DNA from: Epiperipatus broadwayi | Taxonomy: Eukaryota > Animalia > Onychophora | Direction of reading: 5' to 3' | Assembly: GCA_028023455.1 (NCBI GenBank) | Contig: JAQFVV010000003.1 | Location: 13,516,001-13,580,000, forward strand | Length of the DNA: 64,000 nt | In this document: positions 27,490 to 40,700 of the stretch, piece by piece | How positions within the stretch are numbered: position 1 is the first letter of the stretch | Layout of the letters: every line of letters begins with the position of its first letter | Notes under the pieces: model-generated | Seen by the model: the letters and a program-made list of their open reading frames with translations, nothing else | What the model was told of the DNA's origin: nothing | The model's database searches: none | Made by a program: the position numbers and the translations under genes

Positions 27490-27720
27490 TTAACTACGAG
27501 ATGATGGCCACCAGTATGTGATCATCAACAGCCCAAAGTTGGCTCGCCATTTGCAACACTATGGGGAAATAAGGGGGATGAATCTGAGGTAATGGTTACC
27601 AGTATATGATCATCAAAGATCCTCAATCGGGTAGCCATTTCTAACTCTATGAAAAATCGGAGTTTAAACCATCAAGGATCTGAGGAATAGAGGTCATACA
27701 AGTTGGGTGACATTTGTAAA
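27490..27720. repeat. Diverged ~95-bp tandem repeat, 2-2.5 copies
   Basis: ATGG(C/T)(C/T)ACCAGTAT(G/A)TGATCATCAA...GCCATTT...ACTATG...ATCTGAGG occurs twice, with a partial third copy. Confidence 0.55.
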
Positions 27721-29819
27721 ATTATGAGATAATAATGAATTGTTTGTTTATCCTCAATTGAAAAAAAATATAAAAATTTAATATAAAAAGGGATGAGCCC
27801 GATAGATCACTCTGAGAGATCAGCCCAGTTAACTCACTATAGTAACTATCAGTATCATTAAGCATAAATTCACCAGCATTATAAATAAGAATAAGCAATA
27901 CTCATTCATCATCATGAATAATTAACAATAAAAATAATCATCATGACTGATTAACAATAAAATTAAATAAACAGTCAGTCTGGGGACTGGATTTAAAATG
28001 GGTCTACTGTAGACCAGGCTATTTATTTAGCTCTTGCCAGCTTGGGGTAGATCATTGAAACCATAAGTTGGATGCACAAACTTAAATGCTAATTCATACG
28101 AATACAACTAACAAAAAAATAATGCTGGAATATTAAAATATGCTGTTCATCATCATTGCTCTGGTCACCTAGTACCTTTGATATACTGGTCATTATAAAC
28201 TTAATGTCTAATAGAGACTAAATTAAAATAAAATGTGGTGCATGGACTCTAAAGAATATACTCTTTGTGCCAATCCAGCAATCATCATCACTAACTGAAT
28301 GCCCATACAGTAAATATATATACCCCTTATTCTATATAGCTGTTATGCATGAATCTAACTCAGGAAGCAAGAACTCTATAATTTATTGTGAGCAAAAGAA
28401 AAATAAATTAATAAAGTAGTTTATTATAAATAACCTTAAGTAAATCATAGGCTTTCCCTACTTATAAATAAATGGTTTTATTGGGATCATAAAAAAAAGT
28501 AAATTGTAGAATATAAGCTGCCATGATATAAAGTCATACACACTGCATTTCATAAACTAAAAATTGGATAGAATAAAGAAATTAAGACTAAAAAAATATT
28601 TTTTAAAACAATTGTTTATATCTAATTAATAACAACAAAAACAAAAATGACATGGTAATATGACATTTCATACACCCATTTCACCAAAAAAAAAAAGTTT
28701 GATAAAATTATATTAACCAATCAGTTGATTTTAGTCATGATTTAATTCTAAATTCATTAAGCTATTTCTTTAAAATAGTTAAGATTCTATTTTTACAATA
28801 TTTCAAAAATCAAAGATAACAATCTTTGGTTCAATTTCTTTAAAATATTTAAGAATTAATTAGCAACATGTTCAGAATTAAAGATAACAATCTTTGATTC
28901 AGCTTAGCAAGATAAAAACATTTCTTAATTTTACAATAGATTTTCTTTTAAAACTATTTTACCATTTGTAATATAAATTTGAGTAGGTTTAAAAAACATT
29001 TTAACTTAGTGAAGTAATTACTATTATCAATTCTTATACAAGATAAAAAATACATTATTATTACTTTCATGAACACACATAAAATGGCTTTCTTGTTTAA
29101 GGTTTTTCCAATTGCTTCCAATGGAGTTTCTCACTGAAGACTTCTAAACATGGGCCTGGTTAAATTTGTCCTTTCCTCAGTTTATAGTAATTCTGGCAAA
29201 TGAAAAAAAGCAAATTTTGTCCACTTAATTCTTCTCTTGCATTTTCATATGAGACAGAAGTAGAAAGACTCATGGTCTTGGTTGAAGGCAAGGTTGCAGA
29301 CTACTTTAGGGATACCTTCTCTATATTTTTATTCCAGTGAAAGTGGGTTACATGAAGGAAGGTGATGCCTAGCTTTTAGCTGACCCTTGAACATGGTTAT
29401 AAACCATTTTTAGTGCTAAACTCATAGTATACTAAAAGCTTAATTAAAAAAAACTATTTTATTCAATAGTTTAGTAAAGACTTTTGCTTCCTTCTTCTTT
29501 AGCAGCAGGATTAAAACTTCACTGCTTTCTCTTCAACAGCTAAGTTAGGAACTATTTCTTCTCCTACTGTCTTTTTCAGCAGCAGGAGTAAGACTTGATT
29601 ACTTTCTCTTCAATAGTTAAGTTAGCCAAAAACCTCTCAAGAGACTTATTCACACCCTCAAATGTATTTTTTTCTAGAACAATCTTACCCATAAGCCAAC
29701 AACAATCTGTCTCTTACATAATTTTTGTGACAACCAATTAAATAAAACTTCATAAATACAATTGTTCAGCCAATTCCCTCCTTATTCACAGATATTGAAA
29801 ACAAGTCAAGAACTTGTTT

Positions 29820-30136
29820 AAGATTATAGAATTCTTGACATTCCTTTATAATTAAAAACCAAATTTTCTTGCAAAAACAAAATAAGATGCTATTACCTTT
29901 GCAAATTTTTTATTTTTAATTAATCAGTTTGTTTTTTTCTCTATCTCTCTTTGATGAAAAATAAAAAATCAAATCAGTGCAATTAACTGATTATCTTATT
30001 TTTTGTTTTTTTGCAAGAAAATTTGGTTTTTAATTATAAAGGAATGTCAAGAATTCTATAATCTTAATTTGAGAAAAAAACAAACTGATTAATTAAAAAT
30101 AAAAAATTTACAAAGGTATTAACATCCTATTTTGTT
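29820..30136. repeat. Inverted duplication of a 122-bp unit, second copy circularly permuted
   Basis: Forward A(29820-29887)-B(29877-29941). The reverse complement of 29994-30136 reads B then A. Confidence 0.85.
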
Positions 30137-30666
30137 CTTCCCTCTTTTCTTTTTTTAAAAAATACTCTTAAATATATGTAATGTTTGAGAATTCTCATAC
30201 TATCATATTGGGAATTAAAATATTTAGTTAAATAAAGATCCATAAAAAATATGTATAGGAAAATTAAATATTATTTTCCCCATTAATTAATTTTTTTATA
30301 CTCAAACCTGAGAAACATGCCGCTATCTAATTATTTTTTTTTAGTGCAGATGTATAGCCAACTGGTTACAATATATATATATATATGATAAGTTAAGTTT
30401 GATATCTGTATTCATTCCACAATATATGCAATATTCAAATCAATATATATATATCAAAATACAGTAAAATTCACATAAATTATATTATTTTTAGAAGTAC
30501 TTTCGACTATATATCTTTTAGGCTTTATCAACTATATAACAGTGAATAATTAAAACAAGACAGCTGTTCACAATACCCATAGTTCAATTCAGATTTCCCA
30601 CAATTCTGTTATTTTGACATTTGATGATTGAAGATTCATTAACATTTGACAATTTCTAGAAATCAA

Positions 30667-30962
30667 CATAGCTTCTTTTATTTTATGTTTATTGTGGCAA
30701 CGTTCAATTTGCACAATTTTTATATTTTTATAATCAAATTTAAATCCATATTGACAAGATTTATTATGATCAAATATAACACCATATGCTTTTATATAAT
30801 AGAATTCAAAAAGAGAAACAATCAGGAATAGATGTAAATAAACCTTCATCATCTGTTATATTTGATCATAATAAATCTTGTCAACATGGATTTAAATTTG
30901 ATTATAAAAATTATGCAAATTGAACATTGCCACAATAAACATAAAAGATAAAAGAAGCTATG
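30667..30962. repeat. Fold-back with ~110-bp arms and ~70-bp spacer
   Basis: CATAGCTTCTTTTA...CAAATATAACA (30667-30781) is inverted at ~30854-30962. Confidence 0.85.
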
Positions 30963-31058
30963 AAAAAAGAAACAAAAAAACTCAGAATAAAGTTGAGTTA
31001 ACAATTTCAAAATTATATAACAGTAAATACATGTATGTCAAATATTTAAATAAAGGAT

Positions 31059-31420
31059 AAGCATTTATTTTATAACGTCTTGCGTGCAATTATAATTACG
31101 ATAGAATGACAGCCTGTTAAGCTAATTGCGCAGACGCTGTGAGAATGTTATTAATAAATGAATACCTTCGAACAACCACATGATATAGTATTTGTACAGA
31201 CATTATATATAGTAATTTAAAGTGACTATTATGTAGTCACGCCTTCGTTACAACTTCTTTAGATTTGCTCATATATAAACATTTGAGTCGTAAGAGTAAG
31301 AGATTCCTTTTTACTCTTATACAAATACTATATCATGTGGTTGTTCGAAAGTATTCATTTATTAATAACATTCTCACAGCGTCTGCACAATTAGCTTAAT
31401 AGGCTGTCATTCTATCGTAA
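31059..31420. mobile_element. TSD-flanked asymmetric hairpin element (family copy 1)
   Basis: ~100-bp arms (from 31093; ending ~31420). 13-bp direct repeat TTAAATAAAGGAT at 31046-31058 and 31421-31433. Unpaired ~35-bp T-rich extension on the left. Confidence 0.85.
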
Positions 31421-32778
31421 TTAAATAAAGGATGTATTATTTTGAAAAATTTTAAGCTTTTTAAATAGAGTTAAATGTTAAAAATAGTGACCCTGAATTG
31501 AGAAATTAGTAATTATGATAGTAAATCTTTTGTTATTTATAATGAAAAAAAAATTTTTTTTCTACTAATTTTTCATACCACTCAAAGTTGATTGAGCAAT
31601 CCAAATAACTAAAAATTGAAAATAGCACACCTTCTCATATAAACTAAAATGAAAGTTAGTGTAAAAAGTTAATAAAATTATTACACAATTTTTAAGTCAT
31701 AAATTTTTTACATTTATAAAAATCTACTGATAAATTGTTCAATAAAACTTCATTTCATTTTGACATACACGTATTTTTATCTAATTTTATTTATCATTGT
31801 TAAATTGATTTTGTTCCGAAACTTTTTGCTTCATATTTAAATTTTGAAAACCCATTCTATACTCTAATTAAGGTGTGAATGTACACTGCTTCTTAACCAT
31901 TGTTTTACATAACATTTCATAGAGTGGAGTCATCAATTTCATATTTAGTCATTTTTGTAGAAATATATATATAAAAACGCTGCACAATGCATACATGTAT
32001 TATATCATTCTTCTAAATAATTTTTTAGTTTTCAATGCTATATCAAATATGGCAGCATAATTTATACACTTTTTTATAATAAAAAAAACACGGACATTTA
32101 ATATGTAAGATTTTTAGAATATAGGGCTTCAGTTATACGATTTTAATTATTATATTTTCATATTGTATTCGAACACATTATTTCAATATAAAACTATATT
32201 AATTGTAAAAGAAAGTGACCAAATAATTATATATACAATATGTTTATATGCATGTATACATATTGCATGGCTGCAAAACAATCCAATTCAGTTACGTATT
32301 GTATTTTCTATTTCAATCTTTATAAATGTCATAATTAAAATAAATTCTTGAAAATAAATTATTAATCATCATTTATTTTGTCAGTAAATAAAGACTCTCT
32401 AAAAATATATAAAAAGAGCTATGTTTGAGATTCCGTGGAACGTTGAAAGGATTCTCATTTTCAGAAATAAAATAGAACAAATTATTAATAATGAATAGTA
32501 AATACAATTATAATTCTTTTTATTTTTTCTCTATTTAATGCAGAAAATGTTTAGAATATAAAAAAAATATTTTAATTTTAAAACTAACATACCAAAATAT
32601 ACAATTTATGATTACTACTTTAAAAAAAATTTTTTTTTTTTTTACTTTTTGCTACTTATTATATTTTCTTAGCTTAATTGTTTTTATTGTATGCTAATTT
32701 TATAAAGCACATAATATTTTATTTTTTCATGATACATTATTAACTTATTGTAAAAACTGAACTTTCAGCAGATGCATA

Positions 32779-32864
32779 AAAAAATGTTTGATCTCCAAGA
32801 TGCACATATCATGGTGAACTCAATGGTTCAGCATGAAGTGTGCATCTTGGGGATACATCTTTTT
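32779..32864. repeat. Head-to-head inverted duplication of the 3' half of the hammerhead-family motif
   Basis: CCAAGATGCACATATCATGGTGAAC pairs with GTTCAGCATGAAGTGTGCATCTTGG; the right arm matches TGGTTCAGCACGAAATGCATCTTGGGG at 37741. Confidence 0.75.
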
Positions 32865-34399
32865 CATGTCTTTGGGCATATGTTTATGATTTCATCCTCC
32901 ATAAGGTGTTAAAAGTGGATAGAAACCAGTCACTACCTAGTATGCACTACAGAAATATGATTCATTATTGCTAGTAGTATTGTTTGGAAACAGGGCACAT
33001 ACACACACAAAGTGATTATTACAATTCTTTGCAAAAAAAACTAGACCTAACTCCCATTACCTTTTTTTTTTTTTAGGTTTCTTTATAAACAAAATAAATT
33101 TGTTGTTTTAAATGCTCCCTCTCCAATGTAATGTTGTTTCAATTGTACACACAGAAAATTATTATTTTTACTATATTTTGGTCAAAAAAGAAAATTGATT
33201 CTTCCCTTTGGTTTTATTTTCCTTTCTGCTGTAATTACACAAAAAACTGTTACATATCAATTTTTGATATTTATCACTTATGCAAGTATGTTAAAAATCT
33301 AAAAAATGCTTGTCCTGAAAACAGTGCTAAACCCTAAAAAAAAACAACTTTGCGCAAACGAATAAAATTTAACAGACACTTGACGTTATTAAAAAATGGT
33401 AGTGTTAAACCGACCAATTCTACAAACTAACAAAATCTAGCCCTAAAAGTGATGATAAATCAGAAAAATAAAATGCTACCCTCAATGCCATAGGATTTCA
33501 ATATTCTGCCATTACTTTTTATTATTATTATTTTTTAATTCCTTTGAAAAAACTCATTTGTATTTTTTTCTACTTCTTTAATCAAATTTCTAAATTTTTT
33601 ATTGTCTGTGAATTGTAGTATCATTTCTGAAAAAAGTACACATAACATATTTTATTTAATTTTGTTTACATAACACATTATTTTTCTTTATTTTCATTTG
33701 TAAGCAGCAGCAGCAACAACAAAATAACTTGTCCCATTTATCAGATAGGTATTTTTAACAGTGGTACATTGGTTACTTAATTGTCATCAAATTTCCTCAG
33801 TAAATAAAATGTTTACTGAGATTTTAAACACAATAAAATAGAATATAAAAAAAATAAAATTATTACTAAAAGTGAATTACTAAAATTAGGTTGATGTATA
33901 TATAACAAATCTAAATTTTTATCACTGTAAAAAAAAGTGAAAACTGGCATTTACAGACTAATAATTGCATGGCTACTGATTTCTGGATCAATTTTAAATG
34001 GAGAAAACTTGTCAGAGTGAAGTTTAAATAAAATTCTGATATGTTGGTAATAACATCCAAGACTAGAGGTAATAATTACTATAAACATATAATTATAATA
34101 TTAAAAAATAGAATTATGGTTAGGGTGAAATTTAAAAGTAGTCACATTTGGATATAAGTGAATGCAATATTGATAAAATTTGGGGAGTATAAATAACCGA
34201 ATGTTTACTTGTTCAGCAAACTATGTGACATACAAGCACTGAAAGTAACAAACTGAGTTTTAATCCAGGAGCCTTTAATTCTCAAGCCCATCATTATTAC
34301 TGCACTAAAATTCACACTACACTTGAAGTATAGTTATCTATATAGTCAGTATTGGTAAAATGGTTTTTCTGTGTGTGTGTGTGTCTTGGTCTCTAAAAA

Positions 34400-34915
34400 C
34401 TGGGGTCAAATCTTTTCTTAATTACATGTAGCTTAAAAGTATATATACTATACTTGTATTTAAATTTTACATATTCAGCCTGTATTCTGCCCATCCCTCT
34501 TCTGTGTATTTAAATGGGCTGGGTCAGAATGACTTACGATCAACATGGGTATGTCAACAAAATTAGAAAACAAGGGCTTTGAACATGCCATCAGATTTTC
34601 ATTGATATGGCTGTTTGGAAGTGGAGAAGATTGAAGCCTGTCCATTAAAATTTAAAAATATGCTATCTTAATATAAATCAAGCACTGATTATATATGTGT
34701 GTGGGAGATGATATCTGGATTAACTTATGAATCCTAGTTTAGCACAAAATATATTGGCGATCATTTATCTTTTTCACATGTAGGTGGTCATGTGCATCAG
34801 TTGTATAATATGGAGTGGATGACTAAAAGGAGCTTGAAAGTCTGGGTTCAAATCCTCTCTAATTACATCTAGCTTAAAAGCATTTATACTACATATCATA
34901 CTTGTATTTAGACAT
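34400..34915 (+). mobile_element. Retrozyme-like element: ~442-bp period, terminal direct repeats, decayed hammerhead and B-box-like module
   Basis: CTGGG(G/T)TCAAATC...TAATTACAT(G/C)TAGCTTAAAAG...TACTTGTATTTA at 34400 and 34842. Decayed core CTTATGA...GCACAAAA at 34724-34748. 34620-34915 aligns with 49449-49725. Confidence 0.7.
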
Positions 34916-35591
34916 CAGTCTTTCAGTAGATTATATAACATTTAAGGTCTGAAATAATTTTTAGAATATATGTTGGAAAGTTTTCAGTTATGTCATCTAT
35001 TTAATCTCAAACTTTTATATATATATAAAACTATTATCATAAATGCTATTTCAAAGTGCTTCTAATCTATAATTCTTAAGATGTACTACAAGTATGACTT
35101 AAAATGATAAAAAACTGCATTTACCATTTTGCACATGCAATATATATATATATACATACACATACATATAAAAAATTGGTGATATATAGATAATGATTAA
35201 GACTCATTTAAAAACTATGATTTACTGTCAATAATTTTTTTTTTTTTTTTTAAAAAAAAAAGCCTTCATGGTGGATTCAAATTTCTACCTGAATAGCATA
35301 TAACAACCCTCGTTATTAACTCTACTCTAATAACCACGACCAAATTATATATAAATCTGATATAGTAAAAATGTATGCTCTATCTGTTGAAGGAATCATC
35401 ATTCACATGCCAATATAACAAAGAAAAATTAATTGATAAGTTTCATATTTTCATAAACAATCAAAAACAGACAGTAAAAAGACAAAAGTAATTTAACTTA
35501 TTTAGAAAACAAAATTAAAATTAATATATTTAGTGAACAAACAATGATTGAAAAAACAACAACAAATAATTTCAAAAAGTATGAAAAATGT

Positions 35592-35658
35592 AAACATTCC
35601 ATCATAAAAAATTAAATTAGCTTTTGCTATCATTAATTTAATTTTTTATGGAATGTTT
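35592..35658. repeat. Small AT-rich hairpin
   Basis: AAACATTCCATCATAAAAAATTAAATTA pairs with TAATTTAATTTTTTATGGAATGTTT, with a 3-nt bulge. Confidence 0.6.
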
Positions 35659-37725
35659 GCATTGATCACACTTAATCATATATATATTAATCATTATTAT
35701 TGTTCATAAATATATTATTTTCAGGTTTGTTCGATAAAAAATTATATTTTAATGTTGTTAAACATATATTAATTTCATGGTTTTTTTTTTTTTTTTGGTT
35801 TTGAATTTTTACAAAAAATAAGAAACTTATTGATTAGTCCCCCCCCCCCATTTTTTTCTATACAGTATTCGTTTGTAGATGATAGCTCCATCTGTGATAA
35901 AGTGTACATTGTATTAGTATCTATAAATCTTTAATGGTTAATGCAATGCATAAGACATTTTAAAATAAACTGCAAACTCAAATATCACATTCAATCATAT
36001 AAGAAATCAATATTTACATATTAGTCTGGCAATAAGTTTCTAATCCTATGATCTATGAAAATAATGTCTACACGAGCGCTTCTGACAAACTTAATCGATC
36101 AATTTGGAAAAATAATGATCCCTAAGAGATCATTCTTGATAGCAGACAGTTCCCAACTTTTAATGATTTACTTTTGTAAAAAAATACTATGTACATTCAC
36201 TTTGCAAGAATTAAAGACGGACAGAAAATCATGTGTACACATTACTTTCACCAGCTAATCGATTACTCATGCCAGAATTCTTTCATGATATCACAGCATA
36301 GTTAAAATCATAAAATGATGAGCAAGCCTAACATTATGATTAATTATTTTCTCCTCATCAGAATATTATCTAATATTCACTTAACAAAATTAATTTAGTT
36401 CCTTTTAGAAAATTGTAAATGTGTTTAATTCGGTTTTTATATATACATTTATTTGTCTGCCAAATTTCATCAGCACCGGAACAATATATAAATACCACAA
36501 GAAATCATTTCATTTTTGGTTTAAATATCACTCCACTTACAGTAGCATCACAACTTTCAAAAAATTATCTACTATGATATCAAAATATGAAGGGTTTTGT
36601 AGATAATAAGTGTGAAACATTTTATATTATAAAATCTAAGTTGTATTGAAAGTTAACCTGCAGTAAATAATAATTTTTAATAATTATTTGGTAAAAATGA
36701 TTTTGATTTTCCCTACATATATCATTTGTTTTCCACCTTCTACAAAAAGATCGTTTTAGTATAGAATACATACATAAACACTTCAAAACAATATTGACAC
36801 CAGTTCATTTTTCAGAAACAAATAGGTCACCTAAGAACATGCAATGTATTGAATTACGCAATAATTATGTTTTGTACGGAAAATTTTAGCTTAACTACTT
36901 CATGTGTTTTTTTGTCTGTTCCTTATGAAAAGATTATACTATCTCCACAAGCACACTCGAACTTTGATAACATCTGTTTAACATAGCGGTAGATAAAATT
37001 TGCGCGATGAAAGTTCGTAGATTAAAATTCAACCTATTCATTCTGATTCTGAAACATTATGACCTCAAAAGCAACAAAAAAATTCGATTATTATTCTGCT
37101 TTTAGTATTATCTTTCGTGTTCTTTTTTTCTTTTGTTATTATATTTTCATTTGCACATTTGTTTAGACATTCAATTTTCTTTCCTTTAGTTTCAAATCTA
37201 ATTATTTTCCTCTTGAACATCTAATAAATAAAATTTGAAATCTTGAAAATATAGCATTTATCTTTAATTAAGTAATTTTTCTTTTATCTAGAAAATTCTT
37301 ATCTCAATTTATTTAGGAAGCTAAGCTTCAGTCTAAATATATATATTGTGATAAACGAGAGAGGAAATATACTTTACATAGTTCGGTTATTTATATAAAA
37401 AGTACGTAGACTATTGAATTGTCGATTAATTTTATCGCTGTTATATTATTGACTTGTATAATAAAACAACAATTATAAATTGCAGAGTCAAAAAAAAAAG
37501 GGGGGGGGGAGACACAGTAAAAGTTCATGCAAAATTTATCTTTCACCATGCTGTGTAATAACTGGATTTACACTAAATTAAAAAATACTGTTATCAAAAT
37601 AATTTTACACATTTATAATCATTATTGTATTTAACTGAGATGGATGGTCTCAAAGTTGTGAGTGGAGTGAGTTTGACAATGGTAAATAAAAATGTAACAA
37701 TTTATATGGGAGATAGTGACCTGGG

Positions 37726-37765
37726 CCAACTGATGAGTACTGGTTCAGCACGAAATGCATCTTGG
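37726..37765 (+). ncRNA. Minimal type I hammerhead ribozyme motif with intact catalytic core
   Basis: CCAA-CTGATGA-GTAC-TGGTTCA-GCAC-GAAA-TGCA-TC-TTGG. Stem I CCAA/TTGG; core CUGAUGA (37730-37736); stem II closed by G-C with one A.C mismatch; GAAA (37752-37755); 1-bp stem III with palindromic TGCA loop; predicted cleavage after C37761. Confidence 0.75.
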
Positions 37766-40700
37766 GGGGCATTTGTCTTTTATTGTATCATTATTTATAT
37801 GAATTTAAAACAATGGGGAAGTATGGAGGTTGTTTAATATATCTATAAAAATAATGTTAATATTAATGTGTCATGAATGCTATTTACAAAAGTAACTACT
37901 TATAATCAAGCGATACCCCCCTCCCCCATCATTTTAACACAAGTCTATATATAGTGGCCTACAAATAGGATTATAATATTTTTTAACGAAACATCATTTC
38001 TTCAGAAGGATAACCATCACCCCATCACAGAATAAATATGCAAAACTTGAATCACGAATTGGTTCAAATAAAATCCCCATAACTTTTTTATATGGAGTAG
38101 AAAAATGACAAAGTATTTTCTTACAGTCTCATGACAATGATATCATAAAATAGATCTTCATAGATGCTTTTCTGAAAATTGATAATAAATAATTTGAATA
38201 TTTACATAATTTATTTAACTATCACATCTTCAGTAGTAACTATTCACAAATGAATAAGGCATTTCTAATTCTAGAAGAAAAAAGATTACAAAAAGAATTT
38301 TGTGATACTATACAAACCAATCAGTAAAATACACATATGTAGTAGTTCTTTAGTTTGTTTATTTAATATCTTATGCTACTGCTGCTGTTAGTTACTTCTG
38401 CAACAAACTTTTTTTTTTGAAAGATTACATCTGCAATTTCAGTATATAAAAACTATCTTAAATTACAGTACATAAAACTATCTTCAGCTATATCTTGAAA
38501 GTTATCAATATCACACTTTTTTGGAATGTCAGTGAGATGATCTTTATAAGTAAATAGAATCTACCTTTCTTATAAAAATCAAGTCCAAACTCAGGCACCC
38601 CCCCCCTTCAATATAATGAAAATGTAATTCTACAATAGTAGATTTAATATCATTATATCCTTCAAGATAAAGAATATATTGATTTATTTTATCATCTTGC
38701 CATCATATTTTAATAATCTTACAAAGCATTTTTAAATAAACATTTACTTGAGAATTTACTTCTAAAATAAAACAATAACAAAATGGCATTATTTATTTCC
38801 TTAACTAATTTAGCAAGATATAATATACATTAATATTCCAAAAACTTAGCACTGGAGTAAGGTTTGAAAAATATGTGGAAAATTATTTTGAAATCGTCCT
38901 AATCACCTTTAAAAAGGAATGAACAAATGTAAATATATTTACCTCACATAATTACAGTGGTAATTTAAAATTATGAGAAAGATCTAATGTTCTCTCCATC
39001 ATTCTATATTGCTATCACAGTTTATGTTATTCTAATATAATGAAGAAAGAGAACCTCATGTTTTCTTTTCCAAATAAAATTGATGTTAAACATGTGTGAC
39101 ATACTCAAAATAAATACTGAACTCCTTAATTCCACTATGGATGGTAAGCAGTGTGGGATTACATATTTGTTTATATTACTCTCTTCACAGTGTGACACTT
39201 TTTTTTATAACTTTCCTGTTATGATTATACTCCATTTAATGTATGCTATGGTATTCAGTCTTTCAATTATAAAAATTTGTAATAAATGATACTTCTAAGT
39301 AAGAAAAAATGTACATTTTCCAAGAAAGTTTATTCTAATATTCTTTCATAAAGTTTTTGAAAATGAACAAGGAAGGTTTTACTTGTTCAGAATTTTCTTA
39401 TTGTTGATAAGTTACATCATATTTATTCATATATTTTTACAATTTTTTATAAAGTATTTTTTTTTTTCAATTTTAATAGAGATTTTCAGACATTTTTTAT
39501 ACTGTTAAATTTTCTTTTCATCCTTGACAAGTAGTGATTAGCTTAATACATGTATATTTTATAACTAAAAAGAGAAACTTAACCTTTTTCACATGTCCTT
39601 AAACGTTTGTATAATAACCAAAGACAAAAACTACATTGTTTGGCTATTAAGCAATGTTTAAGGCACATGTGAAAAAAATTAAAAAACGTTCTCTTTTTAA
39701 TTACAGACTTAATAATCAGAACGTTATTTTGTAATTATACATATCTATAAAATATTTCAGATAAAATAAATAAGAAACCTATCTTATTGCAGATTGTGAA
39801 AGACATATCACCACACATGTATTTGTCTTATTTTGCATTTATTATCAATCTACCTGCATTTTTCTATTCACTCATCATAAATAATGAGTAACTAAATATT
39901 TTTAATACATATTGTAACATATATTTCTAACACAGATATTGAAAGACAGTTTTCATTAAATGTCACAACACTACAATTTTTCAAAATGTTTTTTGATGAA
40001 AAATTATTGTCAGAAAAAATAAAAATTTTCTATCAAGGATGTAAAGATATTCAATAGGTAAGAATAAATCTACATATCAAGAATATTATCTAGCACTAAA
40101 AATCATGACCAAAATACAAAGTATACATAAATCAAATACAATAATTAATAAAAAGAGTGTGTAACAAAAATTTTGTAAAATTTTACATTTGCATTCTTGC
40201 TTGTTGAACAAAATACATAGTTATGTTTATTAATGTTTGGGCTACTAAGAACAAATTTTGCACCATTATTTTGAGAGCCAAGAGCATCAAATTAAAAAAA
40301 AAAAAAGATAAAATCATTAAAAAATATATACAGTTTTTATAGTCATTTTCTTTGGCTAGATTATTGAATAGATTAAGTTTGTAAAAATGTTCAAAATTAT
40401 TATTAATGTGTGATTTCTCTATGACTGAATTCTCACTATGGTAAGTCTTCTTCATCAAGAGGTTTTGCTTTTGTTCACTTACTTTCCTTTTTAAACTTCC
40501 GAAACACAGATTGGATTAATTAGGCAACAGGATATTATATACAGTATATATAATAACATTTAATCATCACTGGTAATATTATAATTTGATATTGTTTATC
40601 AGCATTGTAGCAAACTTTGTTTTAGAATCTTAGTATTTAAAGCTATATATAAATAAAAAATTAGATTTAGAAGTTCACCTGAATGTGGAGCATTTCTTTA

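Noticed and set aside
34095-34225. Minus frame ...QYCIHLYPNVTTFKFHPNHN as a POC1 WD40 exon
   Set aside because: Only loose resemblance to 'QVHSGGVNCISFHPSGN'; ends in a stop with no donor and is very AT-rich.
34800-34860. B-box-containing module as a tRNA gene
   Set aside because: No acceptor stem or cloverleaf, and it is repeated within a mobile family; at most tRNA-derived.
36100-36180. In-frame TAA between two plausible peptides as evidence of a variant genetic code
   Set aside because: The POC1 exon ends normally in TAA; nothing else supports reassignment.
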